Under the pieces are notes generated by a model. The model did not search any database. It saw only the letters and a list, made by a program, of their open reading frames with translations, and was not told where the DNA came from. A stretch of DNA of 64,000 bases from positions 41,007 through 105,006 of the forward strand of contig CAYGJZ010000002.1 of assembly GCA_964350265.1 (NCBI GenBank), in the 5' to 3' direction. A program made the position numbers and the translations under genes. Below, piece after piece: positions 1 through 7,878 of the stretch. Every line of letters begins with the position of its first letter. The stretch's first letter is position 1. The DNA comes from an uncultured Gammaproteobacteria bacterium. Lineage in GTDB: Bacteria > Pseudomonadota > Gammaproteobacteria > Arenicellales > CAJQKF01.

Positions 1-780
1 CTTGGCGGACTCGGCTTCCGTGGCGCGCTGACGGCACTGGCGCTGTCGCTGGCGGTGGTCATGGTGATCACCATGGCGACTTTACCCCGCGGCATCGGCC
101 GGCTGTCCAGCAAGCCGAAGTTTTCCCAGGTGTTTTCCAACGTGCCTGCCATCAACCGGCTGTCGGCGGCACGCCTGTTCCTGTTCGCCGCCCGCGATGT
201 CTGGTTCGTGGTCGCCCTGCCGGTGTACCTGTACGCGGTGCTCGGCTGGTCCTTCGCCTGGGTGGGGGCATTCCTCGCCGCCTGGGTGATCGGCTACGGC
301 CTGGTGCAGGCGGCGGCGCCCGGGCTGCTGCGCGGACGGCTGGCCGCCGATGGTCGCGGCGCGGTGGTGCTGGCCCTGATGCTGGCCATGGCCACCGTGC
401 TCATGGCGCTGGCGCTGGAACGGGACCTGCCGGCGGCCACCGTGCTGGTGGTCGGCCTGGTGGCCTTCGGCGTGGTCTTCGCGCTCAACTCCGCGGTGCA
501 CTCCTACCTGGTGCTGGCCTATTCCGACGCTGATCGGGTGTCGATGAACGTTGGCTTCTACTACATGGCCAATGCCGGCGGACGACTGGCCGGCACGGTG
601 CTGTCCGGCTGGATGTACCAGCAGCACGGCCTGGTCGGCTGCCTGTGGATCTCGGCCGGCTTCGTGCTGGTGGCGGCGATGGTGTCCGTCACCCTGCCTT
701 CGCTGCCCCCAGGGAAGAAGCCGGGGAAGACGTCGGGGAAGACGTCGGGTGAGTTGCCGCGGCAGGTGCCCGGCGGGTGA
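1..780 (+). CDS. MFS transporter, ArsJ-like (C-terminal part; 5' end lies outside the window)
   Basis: Frame 1 is open from base 1 to the stop at 778-780. The product is multi-TM and hydrophobic. It carries the blocks AARLFLFAARDVWFVVALPVYLY and NVGFYYMANAGGRLAGT, which I recognise from ArsJ-type MFS permeases. The tail contains a 12-nt tandem duplication (GKTSGKTSG). Confidence 0.65.
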   Translation, partial: LGGLGFRGALTALALSLAVVMVITMATLPRGIGRLSSKPKFSQVFSNVPAINRLSAARLFLFAARDVWFVVALPVYLYAVLGWSFAWVGAFLAAWVIGYGLVQAAAPGLLRGRLAADGRGAVVLALMLAMATVLMALALERDLPAATVLVVGLVAFGVVFALNSAVHSYLVLAYSDADRVSMNVGFYYMANAGGRLAGTVLSGWMYQQHGLVGCLWISAGFVLVAAMVSVTLPSLPPGKKPGKTSGKTSGELPRQVPGG

Positions 781-852
781 TAGACTCCCCACCTGTCGTC
801 CATCCGGCCGCTTCGGCGGACCATCCCGTTCCCCCTGCCGCACAGGTGCCCC

Positions 853-1194
853 ATGCCCTCGACCCGCGTGATCCGAACGTTGCCGCCTTTTCTTGTCCTG
901 CTGCTGGCTGCCGGCCCGCTGCAGGCGGACGATGCCGTGGTCGGCATGTGCCTGGATCTCGGCAAGTCCGGCACGGTGTGCGACTGCGCCGCCGAGGCAC
1001 TGCGCGAGGAAGTGGGCGAAACGGACTATGCCCTGTACGAGTCCGTGGGCAGCGCCTATCGCCAGAACCAGCAGGCCGGCCAGGATGCCAGCGCCGCGTG
1101 GAGCGCGGCGTTGAACAGCGTCGGCGCACGCCTGCGCGACACCAATCCCCTCGGCGCCGCCCACCGCAAGGCGATCAGGTCCTGCGCGTCCTGA
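853..1194 (+). CDS. Small secreted hypothetical protein
   Basis: The N-terminus looks like a signal peptide (RTLPPFLVLLLAAGPLQADD). It is followed by a small Cys-containing soluble domain. I recognise no family. The 3' end overlaps the convergent EamA gene by 20 nt. Confidence 0.45.
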   Translation: MPSTRVIRTLPPFLVLLLAAGPLQADDAVVGMCLDLGKSGTVCDCAAEALREEVGETDYALYESVGSAYRQNQQAGQDASAAWSAALNSVGARLRDTNPLGAAHRKAIRSCAS

Positions 1195-2134
1195 GCCGGC
1201 GCAGCCTGGACAGATTGCGGGGCAGGGTGCGGGGCAGGCCGCCGCCCTGGGCCAGCACGATGCCGCCGAACACGCCGGCGGCACCCAGTGCATGCCAGGC
1301 ATGCAGCGACTCGCCGAGCAGCGCGATCCCCAGGACGGCGCCGAACAGCGGCATCAGGTGCAGGTAGACCCCGGCCCGTGCCGGGCCGATGCGGGCCACG
1401 CCCAGGTTCCAGCACCAGAACGCCGCCACCGAGGCGCCGATGCCGATGTAGACCACGGCGGCGATCACCGATGGTGACCACGCCACCACCAGGGTCGATG
1501 GCGCCAGTGCCAGGAAGGGCGTCATGGCCAGCAGCCCGGTGATCATGCTGGCGGCGAGCACGGTGCCCTGGGACAGGCTGGCGGGTCGGCGCTTGAGCAG
1601 TACCGAGTAGATGGCCCAGGTGGGCACCGCGGCCAGCATCCAGGCTTCGCCGGCGCCCAGCGTCAGGCGGGCGAGCATTGCCGGTTCCCCGCGGCAGACG
1701 AGCACGCCGGCACCGGCCAGGGACAGCGCCACGCCCAGGCGCTGGCGCCTGCCGATGGCTTCGCCAAGGGTGACGGCGGACAACAGCAGGATCAGCGCAG
1801 GCGCGGTGGACAGCAGCAACAGGGCATGGCTGGCCGGCGCATGCTGCAGGGCCTGGTAGATGAAGACGTGGAAGGCGGCGACACCGGTGATGCCCAGGGA
1901 CGCCAGGTAGGGCCAGTGGGCCAGCATCGCGCGCCACTCCCGTCGCAGTCCCGGCCAGGCCAGCGGCAGCACGATGACGGTGGCCAGCAGCCAGCGCCAG
2001 GCATTCAGCCCGAGGGGATGCACGGCGTCGCCGAGACCACGGCCGACGATGAAGTTTCCCGACCACAGCAGCGTGGCGGCGACCAGCAGCAGCGGGGCGA
2101 GATGACTCGCCGGGTTGGCGTTGGCGTCGTTCAT
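1175..2134 (-). CDS. DMT superfamily (EamA-type) transporter
   Basis: The sequence is hydrophobic throughout, with two EamA-like halves. I chose ATG 2134 (MNDANANPASHLAPLLLVAATLLWSGNF) as the start rather than the ORF-track ATG at 2182. Confidence 0.8.
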   Translation of the reverse strand: MNDANANPASHLAPLLLVAATLLWSGNFIVGRGLGDAVHPLGLNAWRWLLATVIVLPLAWPGLRREWRAMLAHWPYLASLGITGVAAFHVFIYQALQHAPASHALLLLSTAPALILLLSAVTLGEAIGRRQRLGVALSLAGAGVLVCRGEPAMLARLTLGAGEAWMLAAVPTWAIYSVLLKRRPASLSQGTVLAASMITGLLAMTPFLALAPSTLVVAWSPSVIAAVVYIGIGASVAAFWCWNLGVARIGPARAGVYLHLMPLFGAVLGIALLGESLHAWHALGAAGVFGGIVLAQGGGLPRTLPRNLSRLRRLRTRRT

Positions 2135-2278
2135 GGCCTGTGTTCCCGCGTGGTGAAGCCGGGTCACAGTGTGTGTCGCCATGCCGCGGGTGTCGTGAGG
2201 CAGGTGTCACGGTTTGGCCACGCCGTCTTGCCCGTGCTGCCGGGACGCTTGTCCCGGGTGGCCCGGCCCGTGCCGTCG

Positions 2279-3361
2279 TCAGCCCTCCGGCCGGGAGACG
2301 CCGAGGCCGGCACGACGCGCGGCGACGATGGCCTGGCCTCGGCTGCTCACGGACAACTTGTCGAACACCCGGGTCAGGTGGTTGCGCACGGTCTTTGGCG
2401 ACAGGTGCAGCCGCGCGGCGATGTCGGCGGTGTCCAGGCCGGTGGCCAGCAACTCGAGGATCTCGTGCTCACGCGGCGTCAGGTCGGCGGGCAGGGCGGT
2501 GGACGTCGGCAGCGGCGACGGTTCCGCGTTGACGAAGTCGGCCAGCTCGCGCAGGAAGGTCGGCCAGGCCTGTTCGCCTTCGAGGATGATGTGGTTGCGC
2601 CCGCCAAGCGGCACGAAGCGCGCCCCGGGAATCTCCCCGGCCAGTTCGCGGCCCTCGGCAAAGGGGATGCGCGCGTCGTCCTCGCAGTGCATCACCAGGG
2701 TCGGTACGCGCAGCGCGCGGGCCGAGGCGGTGATGGCCAGGGCATCGTTGACACCGACGATGCGCGCGGCGACCGACGGTTCCGCCGAACGCCGTTGCAG
2801 CTCGTTGAAGTGGGAGGCCAGCGCGGCGTCGGCGCCGGGCAGGAACATGGAACAGAACAGCTGTCGGTAGGCGGGATTGTCCCGTCCCCAGCCCAGCTCC
2901 ACCAGCGAGGCCAGCGCATCGGCCTCGCGTTCGGGCTGCTCCAGGCCGGGCCAGTGGCGGCGGCCCCGGGCATAGCTGCCGAACAGCACCAGGTGGCTGA
3001 CCCGGTGGGGATGGCGGGCGGCGTACTCGATGGCGATGGGGCCGCCCTGGGACATGCCGAGCAGGGCAAAGCGATCCAGGTTCGCGTTGTCGACCACGCA
3101 GGCGAGGTCGTCCACCCAGGCCGACAGGCTGATCTCGTCGACGTCGCGATCCGACAGACCGCAGCCGCGCAGGTCGTAGCGCAGCAGGCGGAAGCGCGAC
3201 GACAGATCCTGCAACTGGTGTCGCCAGATCGGGCTGTCACGGTCGTGGCCGATGTGGGTCAGCCAGTGCGCCGACTTCACCAGCGGCGGTCCGCTGCCGG
3301 ACAGCGCATAGGCGATCCGGGTACCGTCACCGGCGCGGCAGAAACGGATCTCCTGCTTCAC
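2279..3361 (-). CDS. Alpha/beta-hydrolase domain fused to a LuxR/FixJ-type HTH (one-component regulator)
   Basis: The N-terminal hydrolase fold has the nucleophile elbow GMSQG, a downstream Asp (HCEDDARIP) and a His (GGRNHII). The C-terminal HTH reads LTPREHEILELLATGLDTADIAARLHLSPKTVRNHLTRVFDKL. Confidence 0.85.
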   Translation of the reverse strand: MKQEIRFCRAGDGTRIAYALSGSGPPLVKSAHWLTHIGHDRDSPIWRHQLQDLSSRFRLLRYDLRGCGLSDRDVDEISLSAWVDDLACVVDNANLDRFALLGMSQGGPIAIEYAARHPHRVSHLVLFGSYARGRRHWPGLEQPEREADALASLVELGWGRDNPAYRQLFCSMFLPGADAALASHFNELQRRSAEPSVAARIVGVNDALAITASARALRVPTLVMHCEDDARIPFAEGRELAGEIPGARFVPLGGRNHIILEGEQAWPTFLRELADFVNAEPSPLPTSTALPADLTPREHEILELLATGLDTADIAARLHLSPKTVRNHLTRVFDKLSVSSRGQAIVAARRAGLGVSRPEG

Positions 3362-3377
3362 CGTGTCCGCCGCCGGA

Positions 3378-4076
3378 TCACGCCGTCGGCGGCGCGTTGG
3401 CCGGCGTCCGCGGTGAATCGGCGAACACGCTTTGTCGCAGCCAGTGATGAATGTTGCGGGTCAGCGCGCGGTTGCCCTGCACGGTCATCGTGCCGTCGCG
3501 CATGGCGTCGCGGTAGCTGCGCTCGCCCATCCACACGTCTGCCAGCGTGCGCACCGAGCAGTGGAAGTAGACGTCCACTTCGCGCCCGGGGTCCTTGAGG
3601 CAGACCTCGGTGCCTTCGCCGGCGACGATCAGCCACCAGTCCTGCTGGCCTGGCAGGTCGCTGAAGCGGAACTTGATGATGGTTTCGGCGCCCTTGAGCC
3701 GCGACGGGTCGACGCTGCGCTCCAGGTAGAACAGCAGGAAGTCGACATCGAAGTCCTCGTCGCCCAGGGTATGGCGCGCCCAGACCAGGCCCCACTCGCC
3801 CAGGGAGCGCAACACCGGCAGCAGGGCCTCGCAGGCATCGGTGGGGTAGTAGGCATGGCCACGCTGACCGGCTACGCGGCGGCGAATGACCATGCCCTGC
3901 TCCTCCAGGGTCTTCAGCCGCCGGGTGAGCAGGGCCGGCGAAATGTCGCCGAGGCCGCGTTGCAGGGTGTTGAACCGCCGGCCACCTGCGAGCAATTCGC
4001 GCAGGATCAACAATGTCCATCGTTCGCCGAGGATCTCGGCGGCTTTGGCGATCGGGCAGAACTGGTTGTATTGCAT
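3378..4076 (-). CDS. HxlR-type winged-helix regulator with C-terminal SCP2-like extension
   Basis: The sequence CPIAKAAEILGERWTLLILRELL...FNTLQRGLGDISPALLTRRLKTLEEQGMV is typical of HxlR. An extra ~120-aa C-terminal domain follows. The start is ATG 4076 (MQYNQF). The stop lies 16 nt upstream of the hydrolase-LuxR start. Confidence 0.8.
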   Translation of the reverse strand: MQYNQFCPIAKAAEILGERWTLLILRELLAGGRRFNTLQRGLGDISPALLTRRLKTLEEQGMVIRRRVAGQRGHAYYPTDACEALLPVLRSLGEWGLVWARHTLGDEDFDVDFLLFYLERSVDPSRLKGAETIIKFRFSDLPGQQDWWLIVAGEGTEVCLKDPGREVDVYFHCSVRTLADVWMGERSYRDAMRDGTMTVQGNRALTRNIHHWLRQSVFADSPRTPANAPPTA

Positions 4077-4147
4077 GGCTACACCGCGTCGGCTGTGATC
4101 GGGACTTCCAGCATGGTAGCGCATGGCTACCGAATCTGTAGCGGTTC

Positions 4148-4164
4148 ACTTCCGCGGCGGAAGT
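4148..4164. promoter_or_regulatory. 17-bp palindrome ACTTCCGC-g-GCGGAAGT in the HxlR/methyltransferase divergent region
   Basis: I read this directly from the sequence. A second small inverted repeat, GGTAGC-N5-GCTACC, sits at 4115-4131. The GGAAGT half-site recurs in the hairpin at 5349-5383 and again at 5391-5400. Confidence 0.35.
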
Positions 4165-4496
4165 ATTCGCCGTTCCTCCGTGGCGATAGTGTTCGCGTCG
4201 TCGCCGCACGGGCCTGTCCCGGCATCGTCGACACATCCCAGCGCACCAGACAGCAGGCAAACACCATGTCCCTACGCCTTCCAGTCCGCAGGCCACGCCA
4301 CGGCGGCCGAACCCGTGCCAGCCGGCAGGGCCTTCTTCATCCGCGTGAACTGTCGCGGCTGGATCGGCGGCTGCTGGCGGACATCGGCATAACGCCCATG
4401 GCCGCGACCTTCGGCCTGGCCGGTCCGGATGCGCGCGGAATCACCGCAACAACGCGCCCATCGGCGCATTATCGATCCGAATCGAGGAACAAGACA

Positions 4497-5339
4497 ATGA
4501 ACAACCACCAAGCCAACCTTGCCCAGGCCGTCACCACGCCGGACTACTCCGCCATCAAGGCGCGCCAGAACGCTGCCTGGGCCTCCGGCGACTATGCCGT
4601 GGTCGGCACCACGCTGCAGATCGTCGGGGAAACGCTGGCCGAGAGCATGGACCCGGTGCCAGGCTCCCGGGTGCTCGACGTGGCGGCCGGCAACGGCAAT
4701 GCCACGCTGGCCTTCGCCCGCCGCTGGCACCGGGTGACCTCCACCGACTACGTCGAGGCGTTGCTCGACAAGGGCAGGGCGCGGGCCGCCGCCGAGCAGC
4801 TCGACGTCGATTTCCGTGTCGCCGATGCCGAGGCACTGCCCTTCGACGACGGTGTCTTCGACGCGGTGGTGTCCACGTTCGGCGTGATGTTCGCCCCGCA
4901 CCAGGAGCAGGCCGCCGCCGAGATGCTGCGCGTATGTCGTTCCGGCGGCCAGCTCGGCATGGCCAACTGGACCCCGGACGGCTTCATCGGGCGGTTGTTC
5001 AAGCTCCTCGGCGGCTACCTGCCGCCGCCGGCCGGGCTGTCGTCTCCGGCACGCTGGGGCGACGGTCGCTGGCTCGACGAAACCTTCGGGCCCTCCGCCC
5101 GGGTAGTACAGTGCAGCCAGCGACAGTTCCACTTCCGCTACCGTTCGCCGGCCCATTTCATCGAAGTATTCCGCGGTCTCTACGGCCCGGTGCACAAGGC
5201 CTTCGCCGCCCTCGACGAGGACCGCGGCGCGGCGCTTGCGGCGGACATGCATGCCCTGATCGACAGCCTCAACATCGCCACCGACGGCAGCATGAACGTG
5301 CCCGGTGACTATGCCGAGGTCATTATCCTGAAGGCCTAG
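4497..5339 (+). CDS. Class I SAM-dependent methyltransferase
   Basis: Motif I is VLDVAAGNGNAT and the post-II block is FDAVVSTFGVMF. A GAGGAA Shine-Dalgarno lies 7 nt upstream of ATG 4497. The frame stays open upstream to an ATG at 4266 (see findings). Confidence 0.85.
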   Translation: MNNHQANLAQAVTTPDYSAIKARQNAAWASGDYAVVGTTLQIVGETLAESMDPVPGSRVLDVAAGNGNATLAFARRWHRVTSTDYVEALLDKGRARAAAEQLDVDFRVADAEALPFDDGVFDAVVSTFGVMFAPHQEQAAAEMLRVCRSGGQLGMANWTPDGFIGRLFKLLGGYLPPPAGLSSPARWGDGRWLDETFGPSARVVQCSQRQFHFRYRSPAHFIEVFRGLYGPVHKAFAALDEDRGAALAADMHALIDSLNIATDGSMNVPGDYAEVIILKA

Positions 5340-5348
5340 CCGTGTCGC

Positions 5349-5383
5349 ACCGCGGGAAGTCCCTCCACGGGACTTCCCGCGGT
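5349..5383 (+). terminator. 15-bp perfect GC-rich hairpin after the methyltransferase gene
   Basis: The arms are ACCGCGGGAAGTCCC and GGGACTTCCCGCGGT, with loop tccac. It starts 10 nt after the stop codon. There is no U-tract, so it could be an operator or REP-like element rather than an intrinsic terminator. Confidence 0.45.
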
Positions 5384-5403
5384 TCTGCCTCGCGGGAAGC
5401 GGG

Positions 5404-7083
5404 TTGCATGGCTTGCCTTCCGTCGTCGCCCCGGGGTCTACTCGGCGTCACGAAATCATCCGGGGAGTCAGGTTGGATCACGAGATATCCGCTGCGCGAA
5501 CAAAGGCGTGGCTCCACGACGGCGACGAGATTGCCCTGCTCGACGTGCGCGAGGCCGGGCAGTTCGGCGAAGGGCATCCCCTGTTCGCGGTGCCGTTGCC
5601 CTACAGTCGCCTGGAAGCCCGTATTGGTGCATTGGTGCCACGGCTTGATACCCGCATCGTGTTGCTGGACGACGCAGACGGGGTAGCCCGACGTGCTTCC
5701 GACTGCCTGGCCGGCGCCGGCTACAGCGACGTGTATACCGTTGCCGGTGGTGCGTCGGCCTGGGCCGATGCCGGGTATACCCTGTACCAGGGAGTGAACG
5801 TGCCCTCGAAAGCCCTCGGTGAACTGGTCGAGCATGCCTGGCGACCACCGACCGTGAATGCCGCCACCTTGTACCAGTGGCGAACGGAGGGAAGAGCGCA
5901 CCTGTTGTTCGATGCCCGACCCCCGGCGGAATACGCGAAGATGCGTATCCCCGGTGCGTTGTGCCTGCCGAACGGCGAGCTGGCGCATCGATTTCCGGCC
6001 GCGGTGTCTGATGCCGCGATTCCCGTGGTGGTGACCTGTGCCGGCCGTACCCGCTCGCTGGTCGGGGTGCTGGGTCTTCAGCTTGCCGGCATCACCTCGC
6101 CGATCCACGCGCTGGAGAACGGTACCCAGGGTTGGGTGCTTGCGGGTCATGCGCTGGAACGTGGCAACCAGGCAGCGTGTTATCCGTCGTTGAGTCCGTC
6201 GCAGGCGCGGCAAACCCGCGAGCGCGCTGACCGTGTGCTGGCCGCACAGGGCATCGACAGTGTTGATGCCAGGGATGTGCAGCGTTGGCGCGAGGAACCG
6301 GGTCGAACCACCTACCTGTTTGATCTGCGCTCGCCGGAGGAGATCGCCAACGATCCGGCACCGGCCTTCGTTCCCGCGCTGTCCGGGCAGTTGGTGCAGG
6401 CTGCCGACCAGTGGATCGGCGTGCGGCATGCCCGCCTGGTGCTGCTGGATGATCTCGGCCTGCGCGGCGCCATTGCCGCGTTCTGGCTCCGACAGCTTGG
6501 CTTCGAGGTCGCCGTGGTGCGCGTGGACGACACCGTCCGCGCGCTGGTCCCGCACCGAGCGGTTCCCGCGCCGGAGCGGATTGCCTGTATCGATGCGGCA
6601 GAAGCACTGGCTCGACATGCCCGCGGTACGGCCTTGCTGCTGGATGTTCGCGGTTCGGCAGCCTGTCGCGAGGCTCGGCTGGCCGGGGTGCCCTGGGGGG
6701 TGCGCCCGCGCCTGGATCGTCTGGCGCTCGAGCGGTCGCTTCCCGTGTACCTGGTGGGCGAGGGCGAGGTGGCGGCTCTGGCAGCGCGGGAGTGTCGACG
6801 ACTGGGGCACCCGGATGTGTCCTTGGTCGCCGGCGGAGTGGATGCCCTGGTCGATGCCGGGGCGACGCTGTCGCGGGACGGGAACGATCCAGGCGCCGAG
6901 GAATCCATCGATTTCCTCTGGTTCGTTCATGACCGGCACGATGGCAACCTGGCAGCATCCAGGCGATACCTGGCCTGGGAGCAGGGCCTGGTCGAACAAC
7001 TGGACGACGAGGAGCGGGCAGAGTTCCGCATCGCCGCTCGATCGCCGAAGAGCGCAGTCGGTCCACGGAAGGTTACGGATTGA
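5404..7083 (+). CDS. Multi-domain rhodanese-like sulfurtransferase (about four tandem rhodanese domains)
   Basis: Rhodanese-like modules repeat along the protein (LLDVREAGQFGEGH...; LFDARPPAEYAKMRIPGAL...). One active-site loop, CAGRTRS, is present. The protein is paralogous over its whole length to residues ~200-733 of the 21897-24098 product. An alternative start is TTG 5473, 5 nt after GGGGAG. Confidence 0.8.
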   Translation: MHGLPSVVAPGSTRRHEIIRGVRLDHEISAARTKAWLHDGDEIALLDVREAGQFGEGHPLFAVPLPYSRLEARIGALVPRLDTRIVLLDDADGVARRASDCLAGAGYSDVYTVAGGASAWADAGYTLYQGVNVPSKALGELVEHAWRPPTVNAATLYQWRTEGRAHLLFDARPPAEYAKMRIPGALCLPNGELAHRFPAAVSDAAIPVVVTCAGRTRSLVGVLGLQLAGITSPIHALENGTQGWVLAGHALERGNQAACYPSLSPSQARQTRERADRVLAAQGIDSVDARDVQRWREEPGRTTYLFDLRSPEEIANDPAPAFVPALSGQLVQAADQWIGVRHARLVLLDDLGLRGAIAAFWLRQLGFEVAVVRVDDTVRALVPHRAVPAPERIACIDAAEALARHARGTALLLDVRGSAACREARLAGVPWGVRPRLDRLALERSLPVYLVGEGEVAALAARECRRLGHPDVSLVAGGVDALVDAGATLSRDGNDPGAEESIDFLWFVHDRHDGNLAASRRYLAWEQGLVEQLDDEERAEFRIAARSPKSAVGPRKVTD

Positions 7084-7113
7084 ATATTGCAGGCATAGGG
7101 CAAGGAGGCGATG

Positions 7114-7141
7114 AGATGTTATCATCTGGTCTTTAACATCT
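7114..7141. promoter_or_regulatory. Inverted repeat AGATGTTA-N12-TAACATCT upstream of the GST gene
   Basis: The 8-bp arms are perfect. It lies in an AT-rich island 26 nt upstream of ATG 7167. It shares the TAACAT half-site with the TAACATGTTA palindromes. Confidence 0.45.
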
Positions 7142-7166
7142 TACAAGATCAACCAGGATCCTCGCC

Positions 7167-7775
7167 ATGAAACTGCACCAGCACCCGATGTCCGGCAATT
7201 GCTACAAGGTACGCCTGATGGCCTCACTGCTGGGCGTCGACGTTGCGTTGGTGCCCGTGGACTTGATGAACGGAGAGCAGAAGACTCCTGCCTTTCGGGC
7301 CTTGAATCCCCTCGGGCAAGTACCGGTTCTGGAAGATGATGGTGTACTGGTGCGCGACTCCCAGGCCATTCTCGTCTACCTCGCGCGCCGCTACGGTGGG
7401 GACGCCTGGCTGCCTGAAGACGCCGCTGGGCTCGCCGAAGTCATGCAGTGGCTGTCGTTTTCCGCCAGGGAGATGCTGGAGGGGCCGGCCCTGGCCCGGG
7501 CCCTCGTCCTGTTCAAGCGCACGGACGATCCGGAACCGGTGGCCAAGCGCGCACGACGGGCGCTCGCGGTGCTCGACGACCGTCTGCAGCACCATCCGTG
7601 GCTGGCGCTCGACCGGCCAACGGTGGCCGACGTCGCCTGTTATCCCTATGCCGCGCTGGCTCACCAGGGCGACCTGGACATCGGCGAACTCGATGGCCTG
7701 CTGGGTTGGTTCGCGCGGGTGCAGGGGTTGTCCGGTTACATTGCGCAGAAAGGCATCTACGAAGTTCCACTCTAA
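7167..7775 (+). CDS. Glutathione S-transferase
   Basis: The N-terminal thioredoxin-like half reads NPLGQVPVLEDDGVLVRDSQAILVYL. A C-terminal helical GST domain follows. The product is 202 aa. Confidence 0.9.
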   Translation: MKLHQHPMSGNCYKVRLMASLLGVDVALVPVDLMNGEQKTPAFRALNPLGQVPVLEDDGVLVRDSQAILVYLARRYGGDAWLPEDAAGLAEVMQWLSFSAREMLEGPALARALVLFKRTDDPEPVAKRARRALAVLDDRLQHHPWLALDRPTVADVACYPYAALAHQGDLDIGELDGLLGWFARVQGLSGYIAQKGIYEVPL

Positions 7776-7808
7776 TAACATCTTATATAGATCATATTGA
7801 CATGTTAT
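7776..7808. promoter_or_regulatory. TAACATCTTA plus TGACATGTTAT operator-like pair upstream of the PaaK-like operon
   Basis: It starts immediately after the GST stop codon. TAACATCTTA (7776-7785) duplicates 7134-7143. GACATGTTAT (7799-7808) is a one-mismatch variant of the TAACATGTTA palindrome. Confidence 0.45.
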
Positions 7809-7834
7809 AGAGTCGGCCCGTATCCTCGCCGCCT

Positions 7835-7856
7835 GGTGTCACTCGTCGGTGACACC
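7835..7856 (+). promoter_or_regulatory. Perfect inverted repeat GGTGTCAC-N6-GTGACACC in the 5' leader of the PaaK-like gene
   Basis: The arms are 8 bp. It ends 22 nt upstream of ATG 7879 and just before the GGGAGGA Shine-Dalgarno. It could be a leader hairpin or a second operator. Confidence 0.35.
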
Positions 7857-7878
7857 CTGACCGGGAGGAAAAATCTGG

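Noticed and set aside
721-750. 12-nt tandem duplication GGGGAAGACGTC x2 in the tail of the ArsJ-like gene.
   Set aside because: It is in frame, gives GKTSGKTSG, and lies in a predicted cytoplasmic tail. It is a trivial slippage duplication with no further structure.
82-1302. 406-aa minus-strand ORF overlapping the ArsJ-like and small secreted genes. Similar long ORFs occur at 1826-3598 (+), 3432-4496 (+ part), 5323-7125 (-), 9229-10857 (-) and 12954-14471 (-).
   Set aside because: Their products are Arg/Pro/Gly/His-rich and low in complexity. They lie antisense to or out of frame with genes that have clear family motifs. This is typical shadow-ORF behaviour in high-GC DNA.
7111-7170. Mini-ORFs after the strong AAGGAGG at 7102-7108. 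One is MRCYHLVFNILQDQPGSSP, whose stop overlaps the GST ATG. The other is MLSSGL, starting at 7116.
   Set aside because: The codons are AT-rich and span the inverted-repeat operator. The spacing to the first ATG is only 2-4 nt. The region is more simply explained as operator/promoter DNA.
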